Shown: in pieces, positions 35,444 through 44,231 of the stretch
How the letters are laid out: each line of letters opens with the position of its first letter
Numbering within the stretch: the first letter of the stretch is position 1
Assembly (NCBI GenBank): GCA_963678885.2
Contig: CAXXFG010000006.1
Span: forward strand, 6,344-70,343
Direction: 5' to 3'
DNA from: Desulfobacterales bacterium
Lineage (GTDB): Bacteria; Desulfobacterota; Desulfobacteria; Desulfobacterales; JAFDDL01
DNA length: 64,000 nucleotides
The notes under the pieces: generated by a model
The model's database searches: none
Seen by the model: the letters and a program-made list of their open reading frames with translations, nothing else
Told to the model about the DNA's origin: nothing
Program-made: the position numbers and the translations under genes

Positions 35444-38400
35444 ATGGGGGCTTTGATAATTTTCGACTTGTCGGGCCGGGTATGCGGTTCCGGCCAAACA
35501 GTGCCCATGGCACATGCGGGGAGATCGGGGTTGGAAATCAAGTCTAAAGCGCTGGAGGTCAATATCGCCGACTACCATGTGGATGTCGCCATTGACCCCA
35601 AGTACGAGGTGTTGCAGCAGGTGATGAGCCGGTATTACGGGCTCATGGAGGGGCTGGGCGTTTTTCTCAAGGAGTTGTCCCACCCCTACAAGAACTGGCA
35701 GTTCATTGTAACGGAAGCCAGGGGTTACAGCCTCGATTATTTTCACCTGTTCAAGCGCAACCCCGACGGGCCCCGCGCCGCCGCCCTGTTCATGGACATT
35801 TTCATGGGGGCGGTGGATGCCGCGGCCGATGTGCGCATCCGTTCGGATGCCATTGACAACCTTTTGCTGTACATACAGAAAATCATCAAGGAGGCCGAAG
35901 ACGATCTGGAGCGCTTCATGCCCGTTATCAACGGCTGCCTGGACCGTATCCGCAACATGGACGCCGAACGGTTCACCTTGTTTGTGCGCAGCTATTACCA
36001 GATCAACCGCATTCTCGCACCGCTTGTGGATGCCCCGATCCGGTCGCCGGGTGTCCTGGCCGCCGCAAATCGCCTGCTGATCGCCTATTATTTTCACACA
36101 TATTCCTATTGGGCCCAGGAAGAAGACCCGAACCAGTGGTTCCAGACGGAGGTGCACGCGGCGAAGCATCGGGAAGCGCTTTCCGCGGTTTTCGAAGAGA
36201 TTTCCACCGCCCGGGTTTTTGCCTTGCGGGAGGACCTGGACCGCATGACCCACGCGGGCCGTGTGAACAGCCGCGAAATGCTTTCGGATCTGCTTTCTCT
36301 GCCCGGTCACAATCATTTTGTGGACATCTACCGGGAGATTCCGGACAAGCTCGTGGCCCTGGCCGGGGAGCCGGGCAAGGGGCGGTTGTGGAAGATGATC
36401 TTCCTGTTTCACATCATGGCCGTGTCGGGGCTCTCCCTCATTCACGAAGAGACCCTGTGGGACATCAACCGGACCTTGAGCTGGCTGATCGGCCACGGCA
36501 GCCTGGGGCAGGTCAACCGGTTGATCGAAAAGACGTTTTCCATTCTCAAGGACCGGATTCGGCATTTCCCCGCCACCGCCCTCAACTGCGTCCTCAACGT
36601 GGGGAAGGCCGTGTACCAGACCGATGAGAGTGACCTGATCAATTATTTCATCGACCTGATGATTGACCTGGGCTTCCAGGCGCCCATGATTCGAGGGGTC
36701 GGCAACGATTGGCAGATCAAGGCCAACAGCGCCCACATTCTCAATATCCGCACCTGGCTGGAATTGATCGAGCTCAACCCGCAATGGTCGCCGAAGCTGC
36801 TTTCCTACCTGACCATTCACCTGTCGGTCTGCGGGGTGTTCATCAAGGACACGGACCTGTTTCCCCGGGATATCACCCAAATGCTCAACAGCCGCATCGA
36901 ACCGGTTTACAATCTCGCCAAGCAGTTGATGCGCCGATTCCCGGTCTTCTTCAACGAAATCGGCGCCGAGGGCAAGCTGCGTGACATTTCAACGGAGATC
37001 GATGAAATCACCCATCGCAAGGACGTGCTGATCCACTTTCTGCGCAAACAGAGCCATGTGGAAAGCAGCAACCAGATCCTGGACTTCATGCGGGGTGTGT
37101 TTGCGTTCTGGGCCACCCGGGACAAGACCTGTATCAAGCCCTTTGTGCCGCCTTATCTTTATCAGCAGATCAACGCCCGGGGCCGGTATGTGGACGGTTT
37201 GCACGCGGTTCTCGAAGTCCTGCACAGAAAGGGCGTGGACGGTGTGGATGCCCTGGTCAAACTGGATGCGGACGCCATCACCGGTCTTCTGGCCGGGGAA
37301 ACCGACCTGCGCCCGACGGAAATACGGCGGTTGGTTCTGGCGGTGTCTTTTTACCGGCTGCTGTACCAGAAATACCATCTCGACTTCACCCAGGTGGACC
37401 AATACCTCACCCAGCTCCGCCCCGAAGCGTTTCCCGACCTTCCGGTGTTGGAACAATGTCTCAGGGAAACGAACCACAAGAAGAAACTGGCGGGGCTGGT
37501 GACGTACCTGGAAAAGCTCAAAGAGATCGTCCTGTCCCCCCACACCTATGAGATCAGCGAAAACATATACAAGAAGCGGCATTTCACCGTGGACATCCCT
37601 TCCATGTACGGTAGTTACCACGAGCTGAAATTCGACGCATTGGGCCTTATCTTCCGCCTGGAGGGGCTGGTGAACGTACTGTTCGAGTCCTACATCGCCG
37701 AAGTGGACCTGAGTCTGATTACCAAGGCCACCTTCTTCCAGATCTACGACATGCTCCAGTTGTTCGGACGTGCCCTCAAGCTCGACGGCATCTCTTCGGT
37801 GGAATTCGACAAGCAGCTCGATTTTCTTTCCCATTCTTTGGAGCTGCGCGGCTTTTCCTTCACCCAGTACCTGGATGTGTTCAAGGGCTTCGCCCAGGCC
37901 GTCAAGAACATTATCAACGACTATTTCAATAATATCCACGAAGAGAATTTGAACCGGATTCTTTCCCGCATTCCCGCCGAGCAATTGCTGCCGAAATACC
38001 TGCCCAAGGACGCGCCCCTGGAGCGCGATCGCCTCATCCACCGGGTTTCCGAAATTTTTTTCCGGGACCAGATGGCCGGTTCCTTGGGGCTTCAGCAGAT
38101 GGACCTGTTCCTCAGCCGCATCCTCAACACCCTGTTCCACCAGTCGGATCAATTGCCCAAGGACAAGCTCCAGCTGCTGCTCAATTACGACCCGAAACGC
38201 GCCATGACCACCATTGAGAACGCCAACAAAATGGTGTCCCGGATCATTTACCTGGGGGCCAAGGGGTATCATGTGGTGCTGCTCAATCAGTTCGGTCTGC
38301 CGGTGCCGCCCGGGTTCATCGTGACCACCGAGGTGTTCCGGTCCCGGGAGATCGTGGAGGGTTACCTGCCGGCGGAAAACAATTTCAAAGAGCAGCTGGC

Positions 38401-39712
38401 CCACCATGTCCGCTACATCGAACAGCAGACCGGCAAGCGGCTTGGAGACCCGGCCAACCCGTTGCTGGTGTCGGTCCGCAGTGGTTCCACCATTTCCCAG
38501 CCCGGCATGATGGACACCTTTCTCGACGTGGGGCTCAACGAGGAGATCGCCGCCGGGGTGGCCGCGGCCACCGGCAACGAGTGGTTCGCATGGGACAATT
38601 ACCGCCGGTTTCTGCAATGTTACGGCATGAGCTTCGGGCTGACCCGGGACGATTTCGACGCCATCATGGCCGATTTCAAGCGCCGGCTGGGCGTTGCCTA
38701 CAAGCGGGGCATGTCCGGCACCCAGATGAAACAGATGGCCCTCACCTACAAGCAGCGCATCCAGGAGGAGGGGATTGACGTGGTGGAGGATCCCTTCGAT
38801 CAGCTGACCTTGATCATCAAAAAGGTGCTGGATTCCTGGGAGACGCCCAAGGCCAAGACCTACCGCCAGATCATGGGCATTTCCGATGATTGGGGCACCG
38901 CGGTGACGGTTCAGAGCATGGTGTTCGGCAACCTGTCCCAGAAGTCCGGCACAGGCGTCGTGTTCACGCACAATCCGCGATGGTCCGGTGAGACCCTGAA
39001 GCTGTGGGGGGATTTCACGCTGGGCAACCAAGGCGAGGACGTGGTGTCCGGGCTGGTCAAGACCCTGCCCATTTCCATCATGCAGCAGACCTTCGAAATG
39101 CGGGAAACCGACATCACGCTGGAAAGCCATTTCCCGGAAATCTACGGTGCGCTGAAGGCATTGGCAACGGAGCTGATTTACAAACGGGGGTGGAGCCCCC
39201 AGGAGATTGAGTTCACCTTCGAGGGCCCGAACGCCAAAGATCTGTTCGTGCTCCAGTCCCGGGACATGGCCATCCGTGAACGCAAAAAAGCGATGACTTT
39301 CGCCCCCGAGGAAGGCAACGGTGAAAAACTTCTGGGGCACGGCGTCGGCGTCAGCGGCGGGGCCATGGCGGGCCGGGCTGTGTTTTCACTGGACGAGATC
39401 GATCGTTGGCGGCGCCTGGAGCCGGACACCTCGTTGATCCTGGTGCGGGGGGACACGGTTCCCGATGACATCCGGGAAATATTCGCCGCCGACGGTCTGC
39501 TGACGGCCAGGGGCGGCATGACCTCCCATGCGGCTGTGGTGGCCCACCGGATCGGCAAGACCTGTGTGGTGGGCTGCGAGAACATGGTGTGTAACGAGGC
39601 GGATCGGACTTTTTTGTTCAACCAGACATTGATCGGCTCCGGAGATTTTATCAGTATTGACGGCCGCGCCGGTTCCGTTTATGCCGGGAAGCTCCGGGTC
39701 AGTGCATCTTAA
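35444..39712 (+). CDS. Giant PPDK-like protein: ~900-aa unknown N-terminal region, PPDK nucleotide-binding domain and phospho-His swivel domain, no PEP/pyruvate TIM barrel
   Basis: 1,422 aa. Contains GAKGYHVVLLNQFGLPVPPGF, VSVRSGSTISQPGMMDTFLDVGLN, WDNYRRFLQCYG and GGMTSHAAVVAHRIG (His codon at 39527-39529). The ORF ends 60 aa after that His. The start codon is uncertain (no clear RBS at 35444 or 35507). Confidence 0.75.
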   Translation: MGALIIFDLSGRVCGSGQTVPMAHAGRSGLEIKSKALEVNIADYHVDVAIDPKYEVLQQVMSRYYGLMEGLGVFLKELSHPYKNWQFIVTEARGYSLDYFHLFKRNPDGPRAAALFMDIFMGAVDAAADVRIRSDAIDNLLLYIQKIIKEAEDDLERFMPVINGCLDRIRNMDAERFTLFVRSYYQINRILAPLVDAPIRSPGVLAAANRLLIAYYFHTYSYWAQEEDPNQWFQTEVHAAKHREALSAVFEEISTARVFALREDLDRMTHAGRVNSREMLSDLLSLPGHNHFVDIYREIPDKLVALAGEPGKGRLWKMIFLFHIMAVSGLSLIHEETLWDINRTLSWLIGHGSLGQVNRLIEKTFSILKDRIRHFPATALNCVLNVGKAVYQTDESDLINYFIDLMIDLGFQAPMIRGVGNDWQIKANSAHILNIRTWLELIELNPQWSPKLLSYLTIHLSVCGVFIKDTDLFPRDITQMLNSRIEPVYNLAKQLMRRFPVFFNEIGAEGKLRDISTEIDEITHRKDVLIHFLRKQSHVESSNQILDFMRGVFAFWATRDKTCIKPFVPPYLYQQINARGRYVDGLHAVLEVLHRKGVDGVDALVKLDADAITGLLAGETDLRPTEIRRLVLAVSFYRLLYQKYHLDFTQVDQYLTQLRPEAFPDLPVLEQCLRETNHKKKLAGLVTYLEKLKEIVLSPHTYEISENIYKKRHFTVDIPSMYGSYHELKFDALGLIFRLEGLVNVLFESYIAEVDLSLITKATFFQIYDMLQLFGRALKLDGISSVEFDKQLDFLSHSLELRGFSFTQYLDVFKGFAQAVKNIINDYFNNIHEENLNRILSRIPAEQLLPKYLPKDAPLERDRLIHRVSEIFFRDQMAGSLGLQQMDLFLSRILNTLFHQSDQLPKDKLQLLLNYDPKRAMTTIENANKMVSRIIYLGAKGYHVVLLNQFGLPVPPGFIVTTEVFRSREIVEGYLPAENNFKEQLAHHVRYIEQQTGKRLGDPANPLLVSVRSGSTISQPGMMDTFLDVGLNEEIAAGVAAATGNEWFAWDNYRRFLQCYGMSFGLTRDDFDAIMADFKRRLGVAYKRGMSGTQMKQMALTYKQRIQEEGIDVVEDPFDQLTLIIKKVLDSWETPKAKTYRQIMGISDDWGTAVTVQSMVFGNLSQKSGTGVVFTHNPRWSGETLKLWGDFTLGNQGEDVVSGLVKTLPISIMQQTFEMRETDITLESHFPEIYGALKALATELIYKRGWSPQEIEFTFEGPNAKDLFVLQSRDMAIRERKKAMTFAPEEGNGEKLLGHGVGVSGGAMAGRAVFSLDEIDRWRRLEPDTSLILVRGDTVPDDIREIFAADGLLTARGGMTSHAAVVAHRIGKTCVVGCENMVCNEADRTFLFNQTLIGSGDFISIDGRAGSVYAGKLRVSAS

Positions 39713-39864
39713 AACGGTCGGGAAGAAACCCGGCCGACTATTTCAACGCTCCGCGCCGGCGGGCGGCGCTGTTCGGCCGGGGCGTTTTGCGTCTACAACG
39801 TTTCATTTTCAACCGGTAACAAACGCGCGGATAACTTCCCGTTTGCGGGAATAAGGAGGATCTT

Positions 39865-41130
39865 ATGGACACAGCAGCTGGAGACATATCGAGACGCACA
39901 TTGGGCATCAACGGGTTGGGGCGTATCGGAAAATTGACATTGTGGCACCAGGTGGGCCGGGGGTATTTTTCCGATATTGTCGTGAACCTGGGAAGGGATG
40001 TGGGGATGGGACTTGAGGACATCGCCCATTACCTGGAGCGCGATTCCTCCTATGGGCGCATAGAGCGTTTTTTGCATGGGTTCAAGGGCGGGCCTGTTAT
40101 TGAAAACCTGAACGCATCGCAAGGCACCATGACCGTCAACGGCGTGCGGGTTCGGTTTTTGCGTTCCGAGCGCAACCCCGCCGGGCTTGACTGGAAAACC
40201 CACAAGGCCCGGCTTGTGGTGGACACCACCGGCAAATTCCTCGATCCCACCGCTGACGCCGGCGCGCCAAAGGGCGCGTTGCGGGGCCACCTGACGGCGG
40301 GCGCGGAGAAGGTCATTGCTTCGGCGCCGTTCAAGATCAAGGGCGAGAAGACGCTGCTGCCCCCGGACGTTGTGACCACGGTGATGGGCATCAATGACAA
40401 CGATTACGATCCCCGCCGCCACAAGGTGATTTCCAACGCCTCGTGCACCACGACGTGCCTGGCCCACATGATCAAGCCGCTTCTCAACCATTACGGCGCC
40501 AAACGGATCCTGTCCGCGTCCATGGCCACCGTGCATGCCGCCACCGGCTCCCAGCAGGTGCTGGACCGCCTGCCGGGGCAGGGGAAGGCCGACCTGAGAA
40601 AAAACCGCAGCATCATGAACAACATCATCCTGACCACCACCGGGGCCGCCAAGGCGTTGGAACTGGTCATTCCGGAGATGAAGGAAATCGGCTTTATCGC
40701 CGAGTCGGTGCGGGTGCCGCTGACCACCGGCTCCCTGATTATCCTGGTGGTGAATTTTCAGGAAGAAATCAACGGAGAGCCTATCCGGAAGGAGGCGCTC
40801 AACGAGGTTTACCGGCGGGCCGAGGCGGATGACCCCAAGGGATATCTGCACTATTCCCGTAAACAGAACGTCTCCGGTGACATCGTGGGCACCCCACGGG
40901 CCGCGGCCATCATCGAGGGCCATGAAACCCACACCCGGACCACCGAACTGACGGTCGACCTGGGGCAGGTGACGGGGCTTGATGAAAAGGCGCGGGGGGT
41001 TCTCAAGGACATGACCATCCGGGTGCCCATGACCCAGGCGGTCATCTACGGCTGGTACGACAATGAAATGGGCAGCTACGTCAACATGCTCGGTGATCGG
41101 ACCGTATCGATCGCGGAGCATATGATATAG
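39865..41130 (+). CDS. gap: Glyceraldehyde-3-phosphate dehydrogenase, long form
   Basis: 421 aa with RBS AAGGAGG. Contains INGLGRIGKL (Rossmann) and the catalytic SNASCTTTCLAH. Insertions relative to the usual ~335-aa enzymes. Confidence 0.8.
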   Translation: MDTAAGDISRRTLGINGLGRIGKLTLWHQVGRGYFSDIVVNLGRDVGMGLEDIAHYLERDSSYGRIERFLHGFKGGPVIENLNASQGTMTVNGVRVRFLRSERNPAGLDWKTHKARLVVDTTGKFLDPTADAGAPKGALRGHLTAGAEKVIASAPFKIKGEKTLLPPDVVTTVMGINDNDYDPRRHKVISNASCTTTCLAHMIKPLLNHYGAKRILSASMATVHAATGSQQVLDRLPGQGKADLRKNRSIMNNIILTTTGAAKALELVIPEMKEIGFIAESVRVPLTTGSLIILVVNFQEEINGEPIRKEALNEVYRRAEADDPKGYLHYSRKQNVSGDIVGTPRAAAIIEGHETHTRTTELTVDLGQVTGLDEKARGVLKDMTIRVPMTQAVIYGWYDNEMGSYVNMLGDRTVSIAEHMI

Positions 41131-41367
41131 GGGCCACCGTCACGGACGCGGCCGGCGGACGAAAACAAGGCGGGCGCTTTTTCCCTTGCGGTCCGAAAGA
41201 CCGCAAGGGGGAACGCTGTTGTGGGGGCATGCGACCGGGGCGCGGCGGTTGACCCGGTATCTTCGGCGCGCAAAGATGGAGGCCCCGCAATGCATCTGCG
41301 GCATATCAAAACTGCCTGGGGCTACCTTTCTTGCGGAACCTGATCGTGGTCTGATTCCGGTCGGGAG

Positions 41368-41940
41368 TTATGCATAGATGACCGCGAGTATTTTCGCTTT
41401 GTTGTCATCGGCGGTTTTCACCTGATGTGGTGTGGTGGATTCGTAGTAGATGCTGTCGCCCGCCACGAGAATATACCGCTCGTTTCCGTGCAACACCTCC
41501 AATGTCCCCTCCAGCACGTAAATAAATTCCTCCCCTTCATGAAATGAAAAGGTGCATTCTTCCGGGACCGAGGGGTGCACGTCGATGATGAAGGGCTCCA
41601 TGTGCCGGCCCTCCTTGTTTTTGGCCAAAGGATGGAAGTCAAGGGTGCTGGAGCAATAGGGGCCCAGGCCCGAAAAACCGAGTTCCGTTTCCGGCAGTTC
41701 GCTCTGCCGTGCGACAACGGCTTCGGTGACGGGGGCGTCGTCCATCAGGTTGCTTAACTGCACGCCCAGGCCCCTGGCGATTTTCAGCAGCGGCGCGATG
41801 GAGGGGACGATTTGGCCGGATTCAAGTTCGACGATGAATTTCTGATGGGTTTTGCTTTTTTCGGCCAGCTGTTCGACGGAGAGTTTGTGCGTTTCCCGCA
41901 GTTGCTTTATTTTCTTCCCGACGTTGTGCTTCTTTTCCAT
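41368..41940 (-). CDS. XRE-family HTH regulator with a C-terminal cupin domain
   Basis: The ORF track extends to 42087; the likely start is Met at 41940 (MEKKHNVGKKIKQLRETHKLSVEQLAEKS), preceded by GGGGGGAGAA. The cupin-like C-terminus includes FSFHEGEEFIYVLEGTLEV. Confidence 0.75.
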   Translation of the reverse strand: MEKKHNVGKKIKQLRETHKLSVEQLAEKSKTHQKFIVELESGQIVPSIAPLLKIARGLGVQLSNLMDDAPVTEAVVARQSELPETELGFSGLGPYCSSTLDFHPLAKNKEGRHMEPFIIDVHPSVPEECTFSFHEGEEFIYVLEGTLEVLHGNERYILVAGDSIYYESTTPHQVKTADDNKAKILAVIYA

Positions 41941-42117
41941 GAGAGTTCTCCCCCCGGGGTATGCCCGCTCCGCGCCGTGGCCGATGACCAAAGCCGCCGC
42001 CCTTTTCGGTTGATACGGTGGGACGATGTTTTGAAATACGAAGTAACTTCCACCCAATTTTATGTCCAAAGGGCGTGTGGTTGTCAAGGAATAACATCGG
42101 GAACAACCCCGGGACGG

Positions 42118-42969
42118 TCATTGCAGTAGTTCCGCCTGCACGGCACGACCCAGGACGACGAATTCATCCGTGGACAGGGTTTCGGCGCGGCGGGTGGGCA
42201 GGATGCCCGCGTTTTCCAAGGCGCGGGATGCCTGGGCCGCCGTCAGGGGCAGCTCGCCGGTGGAAAGGGCGTTTTTCAGGGTTTTTCTGCGTTTGGAAAA
42301 GGCCGCCTTGATCACGGCGAACAGGACGGCATCGCCGGGCGCGTCTTGGCGGGGCGGGATGGAGAAATCGATTTCAATCACTTCCGAGTCGATGCCCGGC
42401 TTTGGGTAGAACAGGTGCGCCTCCAGCGTGGCCACCGGGGAAACCGCGGCGCAGTACTGCAGCATCACCGAGATTCGGCCGTACGCCTTGTTCCCCGGTT
42501 CGGCGCGCAGCCTTTCGGCGAGCTCTTTCTGGAACATGAGGACGCACCGGGCCACGTGCCGCCTGTGGGCGATGAGTTGCACCAGGATCTGGGAGGAAAT
42601 ATTGTAGGGCAGGTTGCCGAAAACATGCAAGCGGGTGTTTTCCGCCTTGGCGACGGCGGAAATATCCACCGATAGGATATCGCCCGCGATCAGATGAACA
42701 TTGTCGATGCCGTGAAGCGCCAGTTCGGTGTTGAGCAGCGCGTGGAGGCGCTGATCCTTCTCCACCGCAATCACCTTCCGGGCGGCCTGGGCCAGGGGAA
42801 TGGTCAAGGCGCCCAATCCTGCACCGATTTCGAGGACCACGTGGTCTTCGGAGACGTTTGCACGCGAGACGATCATGCGCGGGGTGGACGGGTCGCAGAG
42901 GAAATTCTGCCCGAATTGCTTTTTGGGCGGCGTCTGCCACGCTTTTAACAGTGTTCTTGGTGCGGTCAT
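42118..42969 (-). CDS. rsmA: 16S rRNA (adenine1518/1519-N6)-dimethyltransferase
   Basis: Contains KKQFGQNFLCD and the SAM motif VLEIGAGLGALT. The start is set at the internal Met (MTAPRTLL); the ORF track extends to 42993. Confidence 0.85.
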   Translation of the reverse strand: MTAPRTLLKAWQTPPKKQFGQNFLCDPSTPRMIVSRANVSEDHVVLEIGAGLGALTIPLAQAARKVIAVEKDQRLHALLNTELALHGIDNVHLIAGDILSVDISAVAKAENTRLHVFGNLPYNISSQILVQLIAHRRHVARCVLMFQKELAERLRAEPGNKAYGRISVMLQYCAAVSPVATLEAHLFYPKPGIDSEVIEIDFSIPPRQDAPGDAVLFAVIKAAFSKRRKTLKNALSTGELPLTAAQASRALENAGILPTRRAETLSTDEFVVLGRAVQAELLQ

Positions 42970-43001
42970 TGCGATAGTTTTTCCGGCGCCCAACGGGCGG
43001 G

Positions 43002-43517
43002 TCAGGACCGCTGCGGCGCCCGGTGCCGCCGGCGGCCGGAGACAATCCGGTGGGTGATAAGGTACCCGGGGACGCCCAGAAAAATGCCGATGACGATGCC
43101 GCCGGCAAGCATGGACAGGGTGATGTCAAGCCCCATGTGAACGATATCCAAAAAGGCGAGGGACTGCAAGTGCGCCGGCGCATTGCCGCCGAGGAAAAAG
43201 TCCCCGACCTTATAGCTGCCGAAATACATGGCGGGCATGGTGACGGGGTTGCTGAACCAGACGCCCAAGGCCGCAGCCATGCGGCTGGCCCGGAACACCA
43301 CGGCCAGGAAGACGGCGATGGCGGTGTGAAACGGAAACAGGGGGGTTGCGCTCACGAACAGGCCCAGCGCCATCCCCCGGGCGATGAAATGCGGGTCGTC
43401 GTCGCCCATGGCGCTGCATTTTTCAAAAACCCATCGACTGCATCTCTTTACCGGGGGAAGCAACGCCATTAACCAAGCCTTATTTGAATTCAACACAAAA
43501 GCGATCCTGTCTACCAC
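43002..43517 (-). CDS. DUF2062-family membrane protein
   Basis: 171 aa. IARGMALGLFVSATPLFPFHTAIAVFLAVVFRASRMAAALGVWFSNPVT fits my recollection of DUF2062. The start is uncertain. Confidence 0.6.
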   Translation of the reverse strand: MVDRIAFVLNSNKAWLMALLPPVKRCSRWVFEKCSAMGDDDPHFIARGMALGLFVSATPLFPFHTAIAVFLAVVFRASRMAAALGVWFSNPVTMPAMYFGSYKVGDFFLGGNAPAHLQSLAFLDIVHMGLDITLSMLAGGIVIGIFLGVPGYLITHRIVSGRRRHRAPQRS

Positions 43518-43636
43518 GGCCGGGCGCCGGTTTCAACAAGGAAGTCGGCCCGGCATGATTTCTTGACTTTGCACATGGCCTCTAGTAGCTTTTAAGGAAG
43601 ATGAGAAATCGTGACGCATTCGCTTGGGAGGTGTCT

Positions 43637-44014
43637 ATGAACAGACGCAAGGGAAAACCGGTGAGTTTCGATGCCATGGTCAAGTTTTTCATGCAGCAGT
43701 ACGGCATCCCCACCAAAAAGGATCTGGACCGTCTTGTGGAGCGCATGGATAACCTCGAGAAAACCATTCGGGAGGCCCTGTCCTATGGCCGGTCCGCCCG
43801 GTCGCAGAAAACCCTCCGAAAAGGTGACAAGGCGGACATGACGGCTTCGGATCTGGTCCTTGCCGTCATATCCGGCGCCGAAGCGCCTGTGGGCATCCCA
43901 GATATCAAGGAGAAAACGGGTTTCGGCGACAAGAAAATACGCAACATCATTTTTCGTCTGCACAAAACCGGTGCCATTGTCCGCAAGAATCGCGGACGGT
44001 ACCAGTCCGTCTGA
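43637..44014 (+). CDS. Hypothetical protein (short coiled N-terminus, winged-helix-like C-terminus)
   Basis: Likely Met at 43637 (MNRRKGKPVSFDAMVKFF). PTKKDLDRLVERMDNLEKTI resembles phasin/PhaF-like helices. The C-terminus IKEKTGFGDKKIRNIIFRLHKTGAIVRKNRGRY looks like a wHTH. Confidence 0.5.
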   Translation: MNRRKGKPVSFDAMVKFFMQQYGIPTKKDLDRLVERMDNLEKTIREALSYGRSARSQKTLRKGDKADMTASDLVLAVISGAEAPVGIPDIKEKTGFGDKKIRNIIFRLHKTGAIVRKNRGRYQSV

Positions 44015-44231
44015 TAAGCGAGAACCGCCACGGTGTCGCGCATGGCCGGTGCCGCCCGGCCGCCGGCCGGCAAGGGACACAACCGGCCGTGTTGTCTGCG
44101 TCGGGCCCATCGGGCAGCGGCAACGGTGGCGGGATGGTTTCTCACCCTCCCTGCCTGCGTTTACGGCGGCGCTGCGCCGCCATAGGCGTATCTTTCGTTG
44201 CATGACCCCCGAAAACAAGGAATGAATAACA

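Noticed and set aside
41183-41209. 11-bp perfect hairpin CCCTTGCGGTC-CGAAA-GACCGCAAGGG after gap
   Set aside because: There is no U-tract on either strand after the stem, so I do not call it an intrinsic terminator. It may still be a processing or protein-binding site.
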